A stretch of 15,411 nt of DNA from Sandaracinaceae bacterium (GCA_044220955.1 JBGAQA010000133.1:1-15411); one strand, 5' to 3'; positions 1-8,202 are shown, counted from the first letter of the stretch. Numbers and translations are program-made. Notes: a model not told the origin generated them from the sequence alone.

Positions 1-2
1 CC

Positions 3-905
3 GCCGCCCTGGCCTTCGTCTCGGTGGTGGGGGGGGCGCTCGCCCTGGTGGGGGGCGACCCCGCCCGCGCTTTGGAGGCCGCGGAGCGCTCGGTCGCGCA
101 CTACCGGAGGCGCTCGCGCGACTACGAGGCCGCGCGCGCGCGGCTGGTCCTCGCCGCGGCCTACCTCGCGCGCGGCCGTCGCGCCGACCTCGCGCTCGCC
201 GCCCCGACGATCGCCGAGGCCCGCGCGATCGCCGATCGGGGTGAGCTGCGTGCCATGCAGGTCGGCCTCTCGGTCCTCGCGGCGGCCCTCGCGCGGCGCT
301 CCGATCGCGCGGCGGACGCGCAGGCGCTGCTCGTGGGGGCGCTGCGCGAGCTCGACCCGGACCGCGCCAGCGTCTATGCCGGTGTGCTGCTGGCCGCGAT
401 CGAGGGCGGGCTGCTCCGCGCGGCGGCGCCGGGCGTCGCCGCGCTGCTCGCGCACCTCGGCTTCTCGGACGTCGTCGAGTGCTACCTCGTCGACCGCGCC
501 TCGCGACGCGCGGCCAGCTGGGTGGAGGCCGAGCGCGAGCGGAGCGCGCGCGAGCTCTTCGTCGACGAGGCGCGCGCCCTCGTCGCGTGCCGCCGCGGCG
601 AGGTCGAGGTGCGCGGTCGTCCGATGCAGAGCGCCATCCTCTCGATCCTCGTCCAGGCGCGCGGGGAGGAGGTCTCCGCGGAGGCGCTCCACGGGCGCGT
701 GTGGGGCGGCACGTACCACCCGCTCCACCACCGGAACGCGATCTACGTCGCGCTCAACCGCCTCCGCTCGAGCCTCGCCGAGGCGATGCCCGGCCGCGAG
801 GTCGTCGTCCGCGGCCCGAGAGGCTGGCGGCTGGCCGACGACGTCGATGCCTGCGTCGCCATCCCGGCGCGCAGCGCGAAAGACGATGTAAGATCGCCGG
901 GCTGA
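3..905 (+). CDS. Partial (5'-truncated) transcriptional regulator: TPR-like helical region plus C-terminal OmpR/PhoB-type winged helix-turn-helix
   Basis: The frame is open from position 3, upstream of the ORF-track start at 24, so the gene begins outside the window. Ala/Leu-rich helices (ARALEAAERSVAHY, EAARARLVLAAAYLARG) precede ILSILVQARGEEVSAEALHGRVWG...NAIYVALNRLRSSL...VVRGPRGWRL, which resembles Trans_reg_C. Confidence 0.8.
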   Translation, partial: AALAFVSVVGGALALVGGDPARALEAAERSVAHYRRRSRDYEAARARLVLAAAYLARGRRADLALAAPTIAEARAIADRGELRAMQVGLSVLAAALARRSDRAADAQALLVGALRELDPDRASVYAGVLLAAIEGGLLRAAAPGVAALLAHLGFSDVVECYLVDRASRRAASWVEAERERSARELFVDEARALVACRRGEVEVRGRPMQSAILSILVQARGEEVSAEALHGRVWGGTYHPLHHRNAIYVALNRLRSSLAEAMPGREVVVRGPRGWRLADDVDACVAIPARSAKDDVRSPG

Positions 906-915
906 TCGCGGCCGC

Positions 916-921
916 TACGCT
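916..921 (+). promoter_or_regulatory. Putative -10 box (TACGCT) of a leaderless promoter
   Basis: TANNNT hexamer 8 nt upstream of ATG 930; no Shine-Dalgarno sequence in the 24-nt intergenic gap. Confidence 0.55.
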
Positions 922-929
922 GCGCGGCC

Positions 930-2588
930 ATGGGCATCGAACTCGCGCGTCCCGCCGCTCGCCCCCGCTCGCCAGCGTCGCGAGCGCCGCTGGCCTCGAT
1001 CGCCCTCGGGCTCAGCCTCGCGTGTACTCCGGCGCGCTCGTCGTCGCGGCCACCCGACGCCGCCGAGGACGACGCGACGGCGAGCCCGGGCGACGCGGCG
1101 TCCACCGCGCGCGACGCGCTCGCGGACCCCGACGCCTCCGGCGACCTCGACGGCGGCCCGGGCGACGACGCGGCGGCGAGCTCCGACGCGACGGGCGCCG
1201 ATCTCGACGCGAGCGTCGATCGTGACGCAGGCCACGACGGCGACGCCGGATCGGCGAGCGCCTGCGCCTGGCTCGATCGCGCGGCGATCCTCGACTCGCC
1301 GCTCCGGGCCACCTCGGGCCGTGCCGAGACCGTGCGCACCGGCTCGTTCACCGACGAGTACCTCTACGACTCGACCGGGGCCAACAAGATCGCGATCCGG
1401 CGCGAGTGGGGCGGCAGCATCGTCTTCTTCGGGCAGGCGGGGCGCGGCCCCGGCATCAACACGACCAACACCATCGACTCGCAGGACACCGGGCGCGAGG
1501 TGCAGATCGCGCTCTACGACCCCGACCGCCAGCTGCAGGGCTGTGCCTGGAGCGCGAGCTGCGCGTCGGGCGGCGGCTGCACGGAGGCGATTCGCTACCT
1601 CGGCTGGAACCCGGTGCAGGGCGGGAACCGGTGTAACCAGGGCTCGCCGACGGAGAGCGTCACGATCACCGCAGGGAGCCTCTTGGCGTCGGTCGTCCCC
1701 TTGCAGTGGAACCCCGACTGGGACGCGCGCGACTGCTCGGCCGACAGCTGCCGAGGCTCCGGCAGCCGGCGCGCGAGCGACGTCCGCGTCCGGCAGGGGG
1801 TGCGCTTCGTCGGCGAGCGCATCGTCGAGCTGGCCTACACGATCGACAACCTCTCCGACCTCGCGCACGGCGCGACGGGGCACGAGCTGCCCACGATGTA
1901 CACGTCGAACGGGCGGGGCGGGACGCAGGATCTCTTTCGCCTCGTCGACCCCGCGGGCGCCGACGTCGCGATCGACACGCCCACGGGCGGTGACGGCTTC
2001 TTCTACGAGAACTTCACGGCGAGCGCGCCCTGGATCTCCTTCCAGAACGAGCGCCGCGACTACGGCATCGCGATCCTGTACGAGAACGGGCTCAGCGACT
2101 TCCAGGCGTGGCAGCTCCGCTCGCTCCCGTTCAACAACGTGCGCTCGCGTGTCGTGTTCGCGCTCGGGCCGCACGCGACCGTGCGCGCGCGGGCGTACCT
2201 CCTGCTCGGCTCGTTCGAGACGATCCGGGCGGAGGCGACGGCGCTGCTCGCACGACTCCCGCCCTTCGGCTGGCTCGACGTGCCCGGCGAGACCGTGAGC
2301 TCCGGGGCGGTCGAGCTCGCGGGCTGGGCGCTCGACAACCGCCGCGTGACCAGCGTCGAGGCCCGCATCGACGAGCGCGTGACGGTGCCGCTCTCGTACG
2401 GTGGCGCGCGGCGCGACGTCTGCGACGTGTGGCCCGGCTACCCGGCGTGCGACCGGGCCGCGCTCGGCTTCTCGGGGACGTACGACTTCGGGCCGCCGAC
2501 GACGTGTCCGCACCTCGTGGAGATCGTCGCGACCGACTCCGACGGAAACCGTCGCACCATCGCCGAGCGCCTCGTCACGGTTCGCTGA
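930..2588 (+). CDS. Secreted, probably lipid-anchored protein: Asp/Ala-rich linker, beta-rich Cys-containing central domain, C-terminal Ig-like domain
   Basis: Basic N-terminus and hydrophobic stretch ending LGLSLAC (imperfect lipobox); DA/DG-rich linker; central motifs DTGREVQ and GWNPVQGG; C-terminal PFGWLD...GWALD...RRDV...GF...HLVEIVATDSDGN pattern typical of bacterial Ig-like modules; GC3-rich codons. Confidence 0.8.
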   Translation: MGIELARPAARPRSPASRAPLASIALGLSLACTPARSSSRPPDAAEDDATASPGDAASTARDALADPDASGDLDGGPGDDAAASSDATGADLDASVDRDAGHDGDAGSASACAWLDRAAILDSPLRATSGRAETVRTGSFTDEYLYDSTGANKIAIRREWGGSIVFFGQAGRGPGINTTNTIDSQDTGREVQIALYDPDRQLQGCAWSASCASGGGCTEAIRYLGWNPVQGGNRCNQGSPTESVTITAGSLLASVVPLQWNPDWDARDCSADSCRGSGSRRASDVRVRQGVRFVGERIVELAYTIDNLSDLAHGATGHELPTMYTSNGRGGTQDLFRLVDPAGADVAIDTPTGGDGFFYENFTASAPWISFQNERRDYGIAILYENGLSDFQAWQLRSLPFNNVRSRVVFALGPHATVRARAYLLLGSFETIRAEATALLARLPPFGWLDVPGETVSSGAVELAGWALDNRRVTSVEARIDERVTVPLSYGGARRDVCDVWPGYPACDRAALGFSGTYDFGPPTTCPHLVEIVATDSDGNRRTIAERLVTVR

Positions 2589-2633
2589 CACGGACGTCGT
2601 CGGCACCGACCGACCCGCGGGACGGCCGTGCGA

Positions 2634-3533
2634 TCAGGTGCGGGCGGCCGGCTCCGGTGCGGGGCGCGTGACGATCGTGATGCCGGTCACGATGACGAGC
2701 GCGGCGACGAAGAGGCGCGCGCTCGGCTCCTCGCCGAGGTAGCGCCACGCGAGCAGCGCGGCGATCGTCGGCTGGATGAAGATCCAGATCGCGACCGTCG
2801 ACGAGGTCGCGAAGCGGAGCGCCCACGCGTTGGCGAGATACGTGAAGATGGTCGGGATCGCGACGACGTAGAGCACCCAGCCCCACGTCTCGGCCGGCAC
2901 CGCCGACGCCGCCGTCGCGAGCTGCGGCACGCCGAGCGGGAGCGAGAAGAGGGCGCCGCAGAAGAAGCCCCACGTCACCACCGGAAGGCCGCCGTGCTTG
3001 CCCGTGTAGTCCCGCACGAGCACCAGGTAGAACGAGTATGCGACCGCGTTGAGCGTGACGAGGAGATCACCGACGAGGTGCGCGCCGCCGAGATCGATCG
3101 CGTCGAGCCCGACCAGGTACACGATGCCGCCGAAGGCGATCCCGATGCCGATCAGCACGCGCGGCCGCGGCGGCTCGCGGCGGAGGAGCATCGACGCGAG
3201 CGCCGTGAAGACGGGGATCGTGGCGACCAGCACGGTCGCGTTGGTCGCCGTCGTGCGCGCGAGGCCGCTGAGGAAGAGCACCTGGTTGCCGAAGATCCCG
3301 AGCGCCGCGCAGCCGGCGATGGCCAGCCGGTCGCGCGCCGGCATCGCCCCCCGCGTGAAGGTGCGCGGCGAGACGAGCGCGAACGCCAGGCCCGCGCCCA
3401 CGAGCCGGATCATGGCGAACGCCATCGGAGGCACGTCGCGCAGCACGATGCGTCCGACGACGGAGAGCGTGGCGAACGCGACCTGCACGGCGATCAGCGT
3501 GGCGTGGACCCGCGGCGCGCTCGGCGGCTTCAT
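2634..3533 (-). CDS. DMT superfamily (EamA-type) transporter, 299 aa
   Basis: Start MKPPSAPRVHA at ATG 3533 overlaps the rsmG stop (ATGA). About 10 hydrophobic segments in two EamA-like halves (PPMAFAMIRL, GLARTTATNATVLVATIPVF, GDLLVTLNAVAYSFY, IFIQPTIAALLAWRYLGE). Confidence 0.92.
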   Translation of the reverse strand: MKPPSAPRVHATLIAVQVAFATLSVVGRIVLRDVPPMAFAMIRLVGAGLAFALVSPRTFTRGAMPARDRLAIAGCAALGIFGNQVLFLSGLARTTATNATVLVATIPVFTALASMLLRREPPRPRVLIGIGIAFGGIVYLVGLDAIDLGGAHLVGDLLVTLNAVAYSFYLVLVRDYTGKHGGLPVVTWGFFCGALFSLPLGVPQLATAASAVPAETWGWVLYVVAIPTIFTYLANAWALRFATSSTVAIWIFIQPTIAALLAWRYLGEEPSARLFVAALVIVTGITIVTRPAPEPAART

Positions 3534-4147
3534 CCCGGTCGTCGATCGAAGCGCGAGAGCGCGCGCGGCGCGCCGGACCCGGGCCAGCGGTAGTCGCGGC
3601 GCACGACCGGCTCCGCGCTCGACGGGACCTCGTCGGGCGTGGTGAGCACGAGCACCGAGGGCGCGAGCGCGAGCCCGGTCGGGAGCCAGTCGGCGGGCGC
3701 GAAGGTCGCGCGGGCGCACGCGACGTCCGCGGCGACGGGCGCTCTGGGCTCGGCGAGATCGATCCGGCCGTCGATCGCCGAGACGCGGCCGGCGAGCCCC
3801 AGCGATCCGATCGCAGTGCGCAGGAAGGCCACGCGCTTGCCCAGCGGCTCGAGCATCGTCACGCGCAGATCCGGGCGCACGAGCGCGAGCGGGATGGCCG
3901 GCCCGCCGGCGCCCGATCCCACGTCGAGCACGTGCGCGCTCCGAGGGACGAGCCTCTCGTCGGCCATCACGAGCGCGTCGGCGAGCATCACGTCCGCGAG
4001 CGCCGACGGGGTCCGGGCGGCGGTGAGGTCGAGCTTGCGGTTCCACGTCTCGACGAGCCGCAAGAAGCGGCCGAGGTCGGCGGCGTAGACCTCGGAGGCC
4101 GGACAGAGCGCCGCCACCACCCGCTCGATCGCGGCCTCGAGCTTCAC
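3530..4147 (-). CDS. rsmG: 16S rRNA (guanine527-N7)-methyltransferase RsmG (GidB)
   Basis: WNRKLDLTA, SAM motif VLDVGSGAGGPAIPLAL, VTMLEPLGKRVAFL and ARA motif. GTG start at 4147 overlaps the upstream stop (GTGA). Confidence 0.9.
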   Translation of the reverse strand: MKLEAAIERVVAALCPASEVYAADLGRFLRLVETWNRKLDLTAARTPSALADVMLADALVMADERLVPRSAHVLDVGSGAGGPAIPLALVRPDLRVTMLEPLGKRVAFLRTAIGSLGLAGRVSAIDGRIDLAEPRAPVAADVACARATFAPADWLPTGLALAPSVLVLTTPDEVPSSAEPVVRRDYRWPGSGAPRALSRFDRRPG

Positions 4148-4863
4148 GCGAGCGCCTTCGCGAGCACGTCCACGACGCGCGCTCGGAAGGCCGGCGTGAC
4201 GGCGAGATCCTGCCGTACCTCGACCTCGACCGCGCGCAGGTCCCTCGCCGCCGCGTGGGTCGCCGCGGAGTGGATGAGCCCGGCCTTGCCCGAGTAGGGC
4301 TCGTTGGGCGCGACGTGCAAGCCCGCCTTCGCGAACGCCTCGACGAGCATCGCGCCGAGCGCGTCCTCGCGGTCGAAGAGGATGCCCACCTCCAGGGTTC
4401 GCGGCCTTCCCTCGTAGAGGTTGGTGAACGAGTGAACGGAGAGGAGCGTCCTCGCTCGCGTGATCGCGACCTCTCGATCGATCGCGGCGTGGAACGGTCG
4501 GTAGTAGCCCGCGAGGCGCGCCTCCCGCTCGTCGGCCGTCAGCGCCTCGTTCAGCGCGACCGGCTTGCCCTCCGCGCGGTCGCGGAAGAGCGAGGGCTCG
4601 TCCTCGCCGCGGTTGGCGTCCACGAGCAGCCGCGAGAAGCGGGAGAGCACGCCCACGCACGCGGTGCGCGCCGCGAGCTCGCGCGTGAGCTCGGCGGCCC
4701 CGAGGTCGAACGCCCAGTGCGTCCCGACCAGGCGCAGGTCGCGCTCGGGCCAGCGCCAGGGCTCGGGCATGCGCTCGGACGCGTGCTCGCAGGTGAGGAT
4801 CAGCGGGGCGAGCTCACCGCCGCGTACGATCTCGAACGCCTCCGCGAGCTCGGTCGTCGTCAC
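4144..4863 (-). CDS. N-formylglutamate amidohydrolase (FGase) family protein
   Basis: LILTCEHAS, HWAFDLGA, SRFSRLLVDANR, YYRPFHAAI, LLSVHSFT, NEPYSG and VEVEVRQDL are hallmark FGase-family motifs. Confidence 0.93.
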   Translation of the reverse strand: MTTTELAEAFEIVRGGELAPLILTCEHASERMPEPWRWPERDLRLVGTHWAFDLGAAELTRELAARTACVGVLSRFSRLLVDANRGEDEPSLFRDRAEGKPVALNEALTADEREARLAGYYRPFHAAIDREVAITRARTLLSVHSFTNLYEGRPRTLEVGILFDREDALGAMLVEAFAKAGLHVAPNEPYSGKAGLIHSAATHAAARDLRAVEVEVRQDLAVTPAFRARVVDVLAKALA

Positions 4864-4871
4864 GGCGCGCG

Positions 4872-4877
4872 AACGTA
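4872..4877 (-). promoter_or_regulatory. Putative -10 box (TACGTT) of a leaderless promoter for the FGase-rsmG-EamA operon
   Basis: TANNNT hexamer 8 nt upstream of GTG 4863; no Shine-Dalgarno sequence. Confidence 0.55.
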
Positions 4878-4981
4878 GCGCACGCTGCCGCGCTGCGCTG
4901 GCCGGAAGAGGTGGTCAAACGCGCGCGCATGGCGGACCATCCCGCGGGGACACGGGAGCGCCCGTGCGGAAGGCCAGCACG

Positions 4982-5779
4982 ATGCTCTTCGTCAACGCCT
5001 CGCTGATGATGTTCCTGCCCGTCGTCGTGGCGCTCGCCGTGCGGCGGGCCACCGGCGCTCGCTGGACGATCTGGGTGGGGGGCGCGGCCGCGTGGATCGG
5101 GTCGCAGCTCGTCCACGTGCCGATCCTCTGGGGCTGGTCGGCCGCCACGCGCGCGGGCGCCCTGCCGGCGTTCGGCAACACCGCGGACTCGATCGTGCTC
5201 GGCCTGCTGGCGGCGGCGTGCGAGGAGCCGGCGCGCGCGCTGGCGCTGACCTACCTCTTTCGAAAGGAGCGCGGTCGAGACGCCGCGCTGATGCTCGGCG
5301 CCGGTCACGGCGGGATCGAGGCGATCCTGTTCGGCGCGCTCGCGATGTTCGGCGCCGTCAACGTGATGCTCACGCGCGACTTCACGGCGGCCGACTTCGT
5401 CGCGCAGGGCGTGGCGCCGGACGCCGCCGCGACCGCGGTCGAGCAGGTGCGGGAGGCGCTCGCGCTGCCCTGGTACGAGTCGCTCGGAGGCGCCTTCGAG
5501 CGCGGCTTCGCCGTCCCCTTCCACCTCGCGCTTTCGCTCCTCGTGACCGCGGCCGTGCGTCGGCGGAGCGCCTGGCCCTTCGCGGTCGCTTTCGCGGCGC
5601 ACGCGGCGAGCGACGGATCGATCGGCCTCTTGCGCGAGGCGGGGGCGAGCGCCTGGACGCTCGAGCTGGCGCTCGTGGGCTTCGCGGTCCCCTTCACGAT
5701 CGGCGCGTTCTGGTGGGCGTTTCGCACCGAGCCGCGCAGCGCGGCGCCGCGGTCCGCGGACCCGCGTCACGCCCGCTGA
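4982..5779 (+). CDS. YhfC-family (PrsW-related) glutamic-type intramembrane protease
   Basis: ATG 4982 is preceded by GGAAGG. Motifs LLAAACEEPAR (EExxR), LGAGHGGIEA, ERGFAVPFHLALS and HAASD; multiple TM helices. Confidence 0.88.
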   Translation: MLFVNASLMMFLPVVVALAVRRATGARWTIWVGGAAAWIGSQLVHVPILWGWSAATRAGALPAFGNTADSIVLGLLAAACEEPARALALTYLFRKERGRDAALMLGAGHGGIEAILFGALAMFGAVNVMLTRDFTAADFVAQGVAPDAAATAVEQVREALALPWYESLGGAFERGFAVPFHLALSLLVTAAVRRRSAWPFAVAFAAHAASDGSIGLLREAGASAWTLELALVGFAVPFTIGAFWWAFRTEPRSAAPRSADPRHAR

Positions 5780-5972
5780 CGCGCACCGGCCCAAGCCAGC
5801 GGCGCGAGCAGCAGAGGTCGAGCACCGATGCGTCGCCGACAGCGCTTCCGACCGCGTCGCGGTAGAGCGTGAACGGCGGCGTCGGGAACGCGACCGGCAG
5901 GAGCACGCCCAGCAGCGCGAAGAAGAGGCAGACCGCCTCGAGCCAGCGCGCGTGGCGCTCGAGCGGCGTCAT
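5767..5972 (-). pseudogene. Collapsed or frameshifted remnant of a membrane-protein gene downstream of murB
   Basis: ATG 5972 overlaps the murB stop (ATGA). It reads MTPLERHARWLEAVCLFFALLGVLLPVAFPTPPFTLYRDAV... with one TM segment. Near 5815 a different frame gives LLLAPLAWAGARQRA-stop (TGA 5769-5767), while the original frame runs about 85 nt antisense into yhfC. Confidence 0.5.
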
Positions 5973-6994
5973 GCCAGCAGCACTGGCTCGCGCTCGAGCG
6001 TCACGCCCCACGCCTCCCGTACGCGCGCGATCACCTCGCCCTCGAGCGCGAGCAGCTCGCGGGTCGTGCCCCCGCCGTGGTTCACGAGCGCCAGCGCGTG
6101 CTTGTCGGAGATGCCCACCGCGCCGCGGCGCATGCCCTTGGCGATCCCTGCGCGCTCGATGAGCCACCCCGCGGCGAGCTTCGTGCGGCCGTCGCCCTGC
6201 GGGTAGGTCGGGACGTCGGCGAGTCCGCGCTCTCGAGCCCGCGCGATGACGTCGTCACGGGTCGCCGCGTCGACGATGGGGTTCGTGAAGAACGACCCCG
6301 CGCTCCGCGTGCTCGGGTCGGCGGGATCGACGACCATCGCCTTGCCGCGGCGCAGCGCGATCACGGTCTCGCGCACCTCCACGAGGGAAGCGCGGCGATC
6401 GCCGAGCTTCTTCGCGAGCTCCGCGTACGCGATCGTGGGCGCGCCGCCCGGCGCGAGCGAGAACGTCACGTCCGTGACGACGAACGCGTCCGGCGCGTGC
6501 TTGAACCGGCTGTCGCGGTACGCGAACGCGCAGTCCTCGGGGCGCAGCGTCACGAACCGCTCGTGGGCGCGATCGTAGGCCCGAACCTCCGCGATCGTGC
6601 TCGCGACCTCCTGCCCGTACGCGCCGACGTTCTGGATCGGGGTCGCGCCGACGTGACCCGGGAGGCCGCTCAGGCACTCGAGGCCCGCGAGGTCGGCGGC
6701 GACGGAGCGGGCGACGAGCGCGTCCCAGGGCTCGCCCGCGCGCGCACGCACCCGTCCGCCGTCCTGCTCGACGCCGCGCGTCGCGATCGCGAGCACGAGC
6801 CCGCCGAAGCCCTCGTCGGGCACCACGAGGTTCGAGCCGCCCCCGATCGCGACGGCGCGCACCCCGCGCGAGCGCGCCCAGCCGAGCGCCTCCACCAGGT
6901 CGTCGTCGCTCGCGATCTCGGCGAGGTAGCGCGCGCTCCCACCGAGTCCGAGCGTGGTGCGCGGCGCGAGCGGCTCGTTCTCCCGGACGATCAC
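5969..6994 (-). CDS. murB: UDP-N-acetylmuramate dehydrogenase (UDP-N-acetylenolpyruvoylglucosamine reductase)
   Basis: LAPRTTLGLGG, IGGGSNL, GLECLSGLPGHVGATPIQNVGAYG, FAYRDSRFK, SAGSFFTNP, AAGWLIE, KHALALVN and LEREP. Start placed at GTG 6994 (VIVRENEPL); GTG 7009 is the alternative. Confidence 0.97.
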   Translation of the reverse strand: MIVRENEPLAPRTTLGLGGSARYLAEIASDDDLVEALGWARSRGVRAVAIGGGSNLVVPDEGFGGLVLAIATRGVEQDGGRVRARAGEPWDALVARSVAADLAGLECLSGLPGHVGATPIQNVGAYGQEVASTIAEVRAYDRAHERFVTLRPEDCAFAYRDSRFKHAPDAFVVTDVTFSLAPGGAPTIAYAELAKKLGDRRASLVEVRETVIALRRGKAMVVDPADPSTRSAGSFFTNPIVDAATRDDVIARARERGLADVPTYPQGDGRTKLAAGWLIERAGIAKGMRRGAVGISDKHALALVNHGGGTTRELLALEGEVIARVREAWGVTLEREPVLLA

Positions 6995-7000
6995 CGGGCG

Positions 7001-7006
7001 AGCATA
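7001..7006 (-). promoter_or_regulatory. Putative -10 box (TATGCT) of a leaderless murB promoter
   Basis: TANNNT hexamer 6 nt upstream of GTG 6994; no Shine-Dalgarno sequence. Confidence 0.55.
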
Positions 7007-7112
7007 CACGCGGCTGGCAAGGGCGAGCGCGGGTGGCCCAGAGCGCCGTCGGTCCGCGCTCGGTTTGCCCCCGCGCCCCCGCAGCGCAGACTTGCCCGGG
7101 ACGGAGGGGACG

Positions 7113-8009
7113 ATGGCGCAGCGTGATCACGGTACGAGGGCGGCCGCGTGGGTCCTGTTCGCGGCGGGCGCGCTCCCAGGCTGCTACACGGCGCAGCTCG
7201 TTCGCACCGACACGATCGTCACCTACGATCTGATCGAGGCGCCGACGGCACCGCCGCCGGTGCCGGCCGACGCCGTGGTCGCCGCGCCCTCGTCGCCGCC
7301 GTCGGGGATGATCTGGATGGAGCCGTACTGGCAGTGGTACGGCGGGCAGTACGCCTGGGTCGTGGGCCGCTGGATCCCCGTGCTCGCGGGGTACACGTTC
7401 GTGCAGCCGCGTTGGCACGCCGTCCGCGATCGATGGGCGATGTCCGGCGGCGGCTGGGCAGACCCGAGCGGCCGCGTGGTCGCGACGCCACCGCCCGCGT
7501 CGACGCGGTTCGGAGCGCGGCAGTGCGGGGACGTCTCGCCGCAGGCGAGCACGGCAGCACCCGTGGTGGCCCCACCCGTCGTCGCCGACGTGGACGTGGC
7601 GCCCGGGCCGCCCGCCGCGCCCGCGCCGAGCGGCCTGCCGGTGCGCCGCACCGTGACGCTCGGCCACCTCTACTACGGCAGCGCCCGGCGCGACCGCGAC
7701 GACCACGACGACGACGCGCCGCGCGCGTCGCGCGCGGACGCGAGCAGCACGCCGAGCGCGTCCCCTGGACCGTCGTCGTCGAGCCCGCGCATCACGACCA
7801 GCCCGCGCACGACACCGACGCACGCCTCGTCGTCGTCCGGGTCGTCGAGCACCACGAGCGACTCGTCGAGCTCGTCGCGCACGGGCTACCCGACGAGCAG
7901 CAGCAGCGCGGCTCCCTCGTCGTCCGGCTCGACGTCGTTCGGCAGCCGCACCGGCTACGCGTCGCCGGACCCGAGCACGGGGAGCGGCACCCGCAGCGTC
8001 CGTCCCTGA
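7113..8009 (+). CDS. YXWGXW (WXXGXW)-repeat lipoprotein with Pro-rich linker and Ser/Thr-rich tail
   Basis: GGAGG at 7103-7107 before ATG 7113. Signal peptide ending GALPGC; Trp repeats MIWMEPYWQWYGGQYAWVVGRW and YTFVQPRWHAVRDRWAMSGGGW; low-complexity Ser/Thr C-terminus. Confidence 0.85.
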   Translation: MAQRDHGTRAAAWVLFAAGALPGCYTAQLVRTDTIVTYDLIEAPTAPPPVPADAVVAAPSSPPSGMIWMEPYWQWYGGQYAWVVGRWIPVLAGYTFVQPRWHAVRDRWAMSGGGWADPSGRVVATPPPASTRFGARQCGDVSPQASTAAPVVAPPVVADVDVAPGPPAAPAPSGLPVRRTVTLGHLYYGSARRDRDDHDDDAPRASRADASSTPSASPGPSSSSPRITTSPRTTPTHASSSSGSSSTTSDSSSSSRTGYPTSSSSAAPSSSGSTSFGSRTGYASPDPSTGSGTRSVRP

Positions 8010-8015
8010 CGCCCG

Positions 8016-8202
8016 CATGTGAGCGAGCACGAGCGTGCGGTGCTCGCGAGGCTCGAGGAGATCGCGAAGCGGGCAACGCGATGGCTGATGTCGGCGCTCG
8101 TCGTCGAGCAGTCGTCGGTCGCTTGCGCAGGTCTGCGTCTACGGGGTCACGCTCAACCTCGTGCTGCACATCCCGCGCGCGTCCGCTCCCTCAGGGCCGT
8201 GA
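8016..8202 (+). pseudogene. Possible frameshifted gene fragment of unknown origin
   Basis: GC3-rich coding-like text HVSEHERAVLARLEEIAKRATRWLMSALVVEQ in one frame continues as LAQVCVYGVTLNLVLHIPRASAPSGP-stop (8200-8202) in another. No RBS. Confidence 0.3.

Noticed and set aside
915..2606. 563-aa antisense ORF and the many other Arg/Ala/Pro-rich overlapping ORFs in the track
   Set aside because: No family motifs; they mirror or overlap well-supported genes.
2634..3533. EamA transporter as the ArnE/ArnF-like flippase of the glycosylation cassette
   Set aside because: It lies 4.6 kb away in a separate operon and is a full-length ~10-TM DMT rather than a small 4-TM ArnE/F type; nothing links them.
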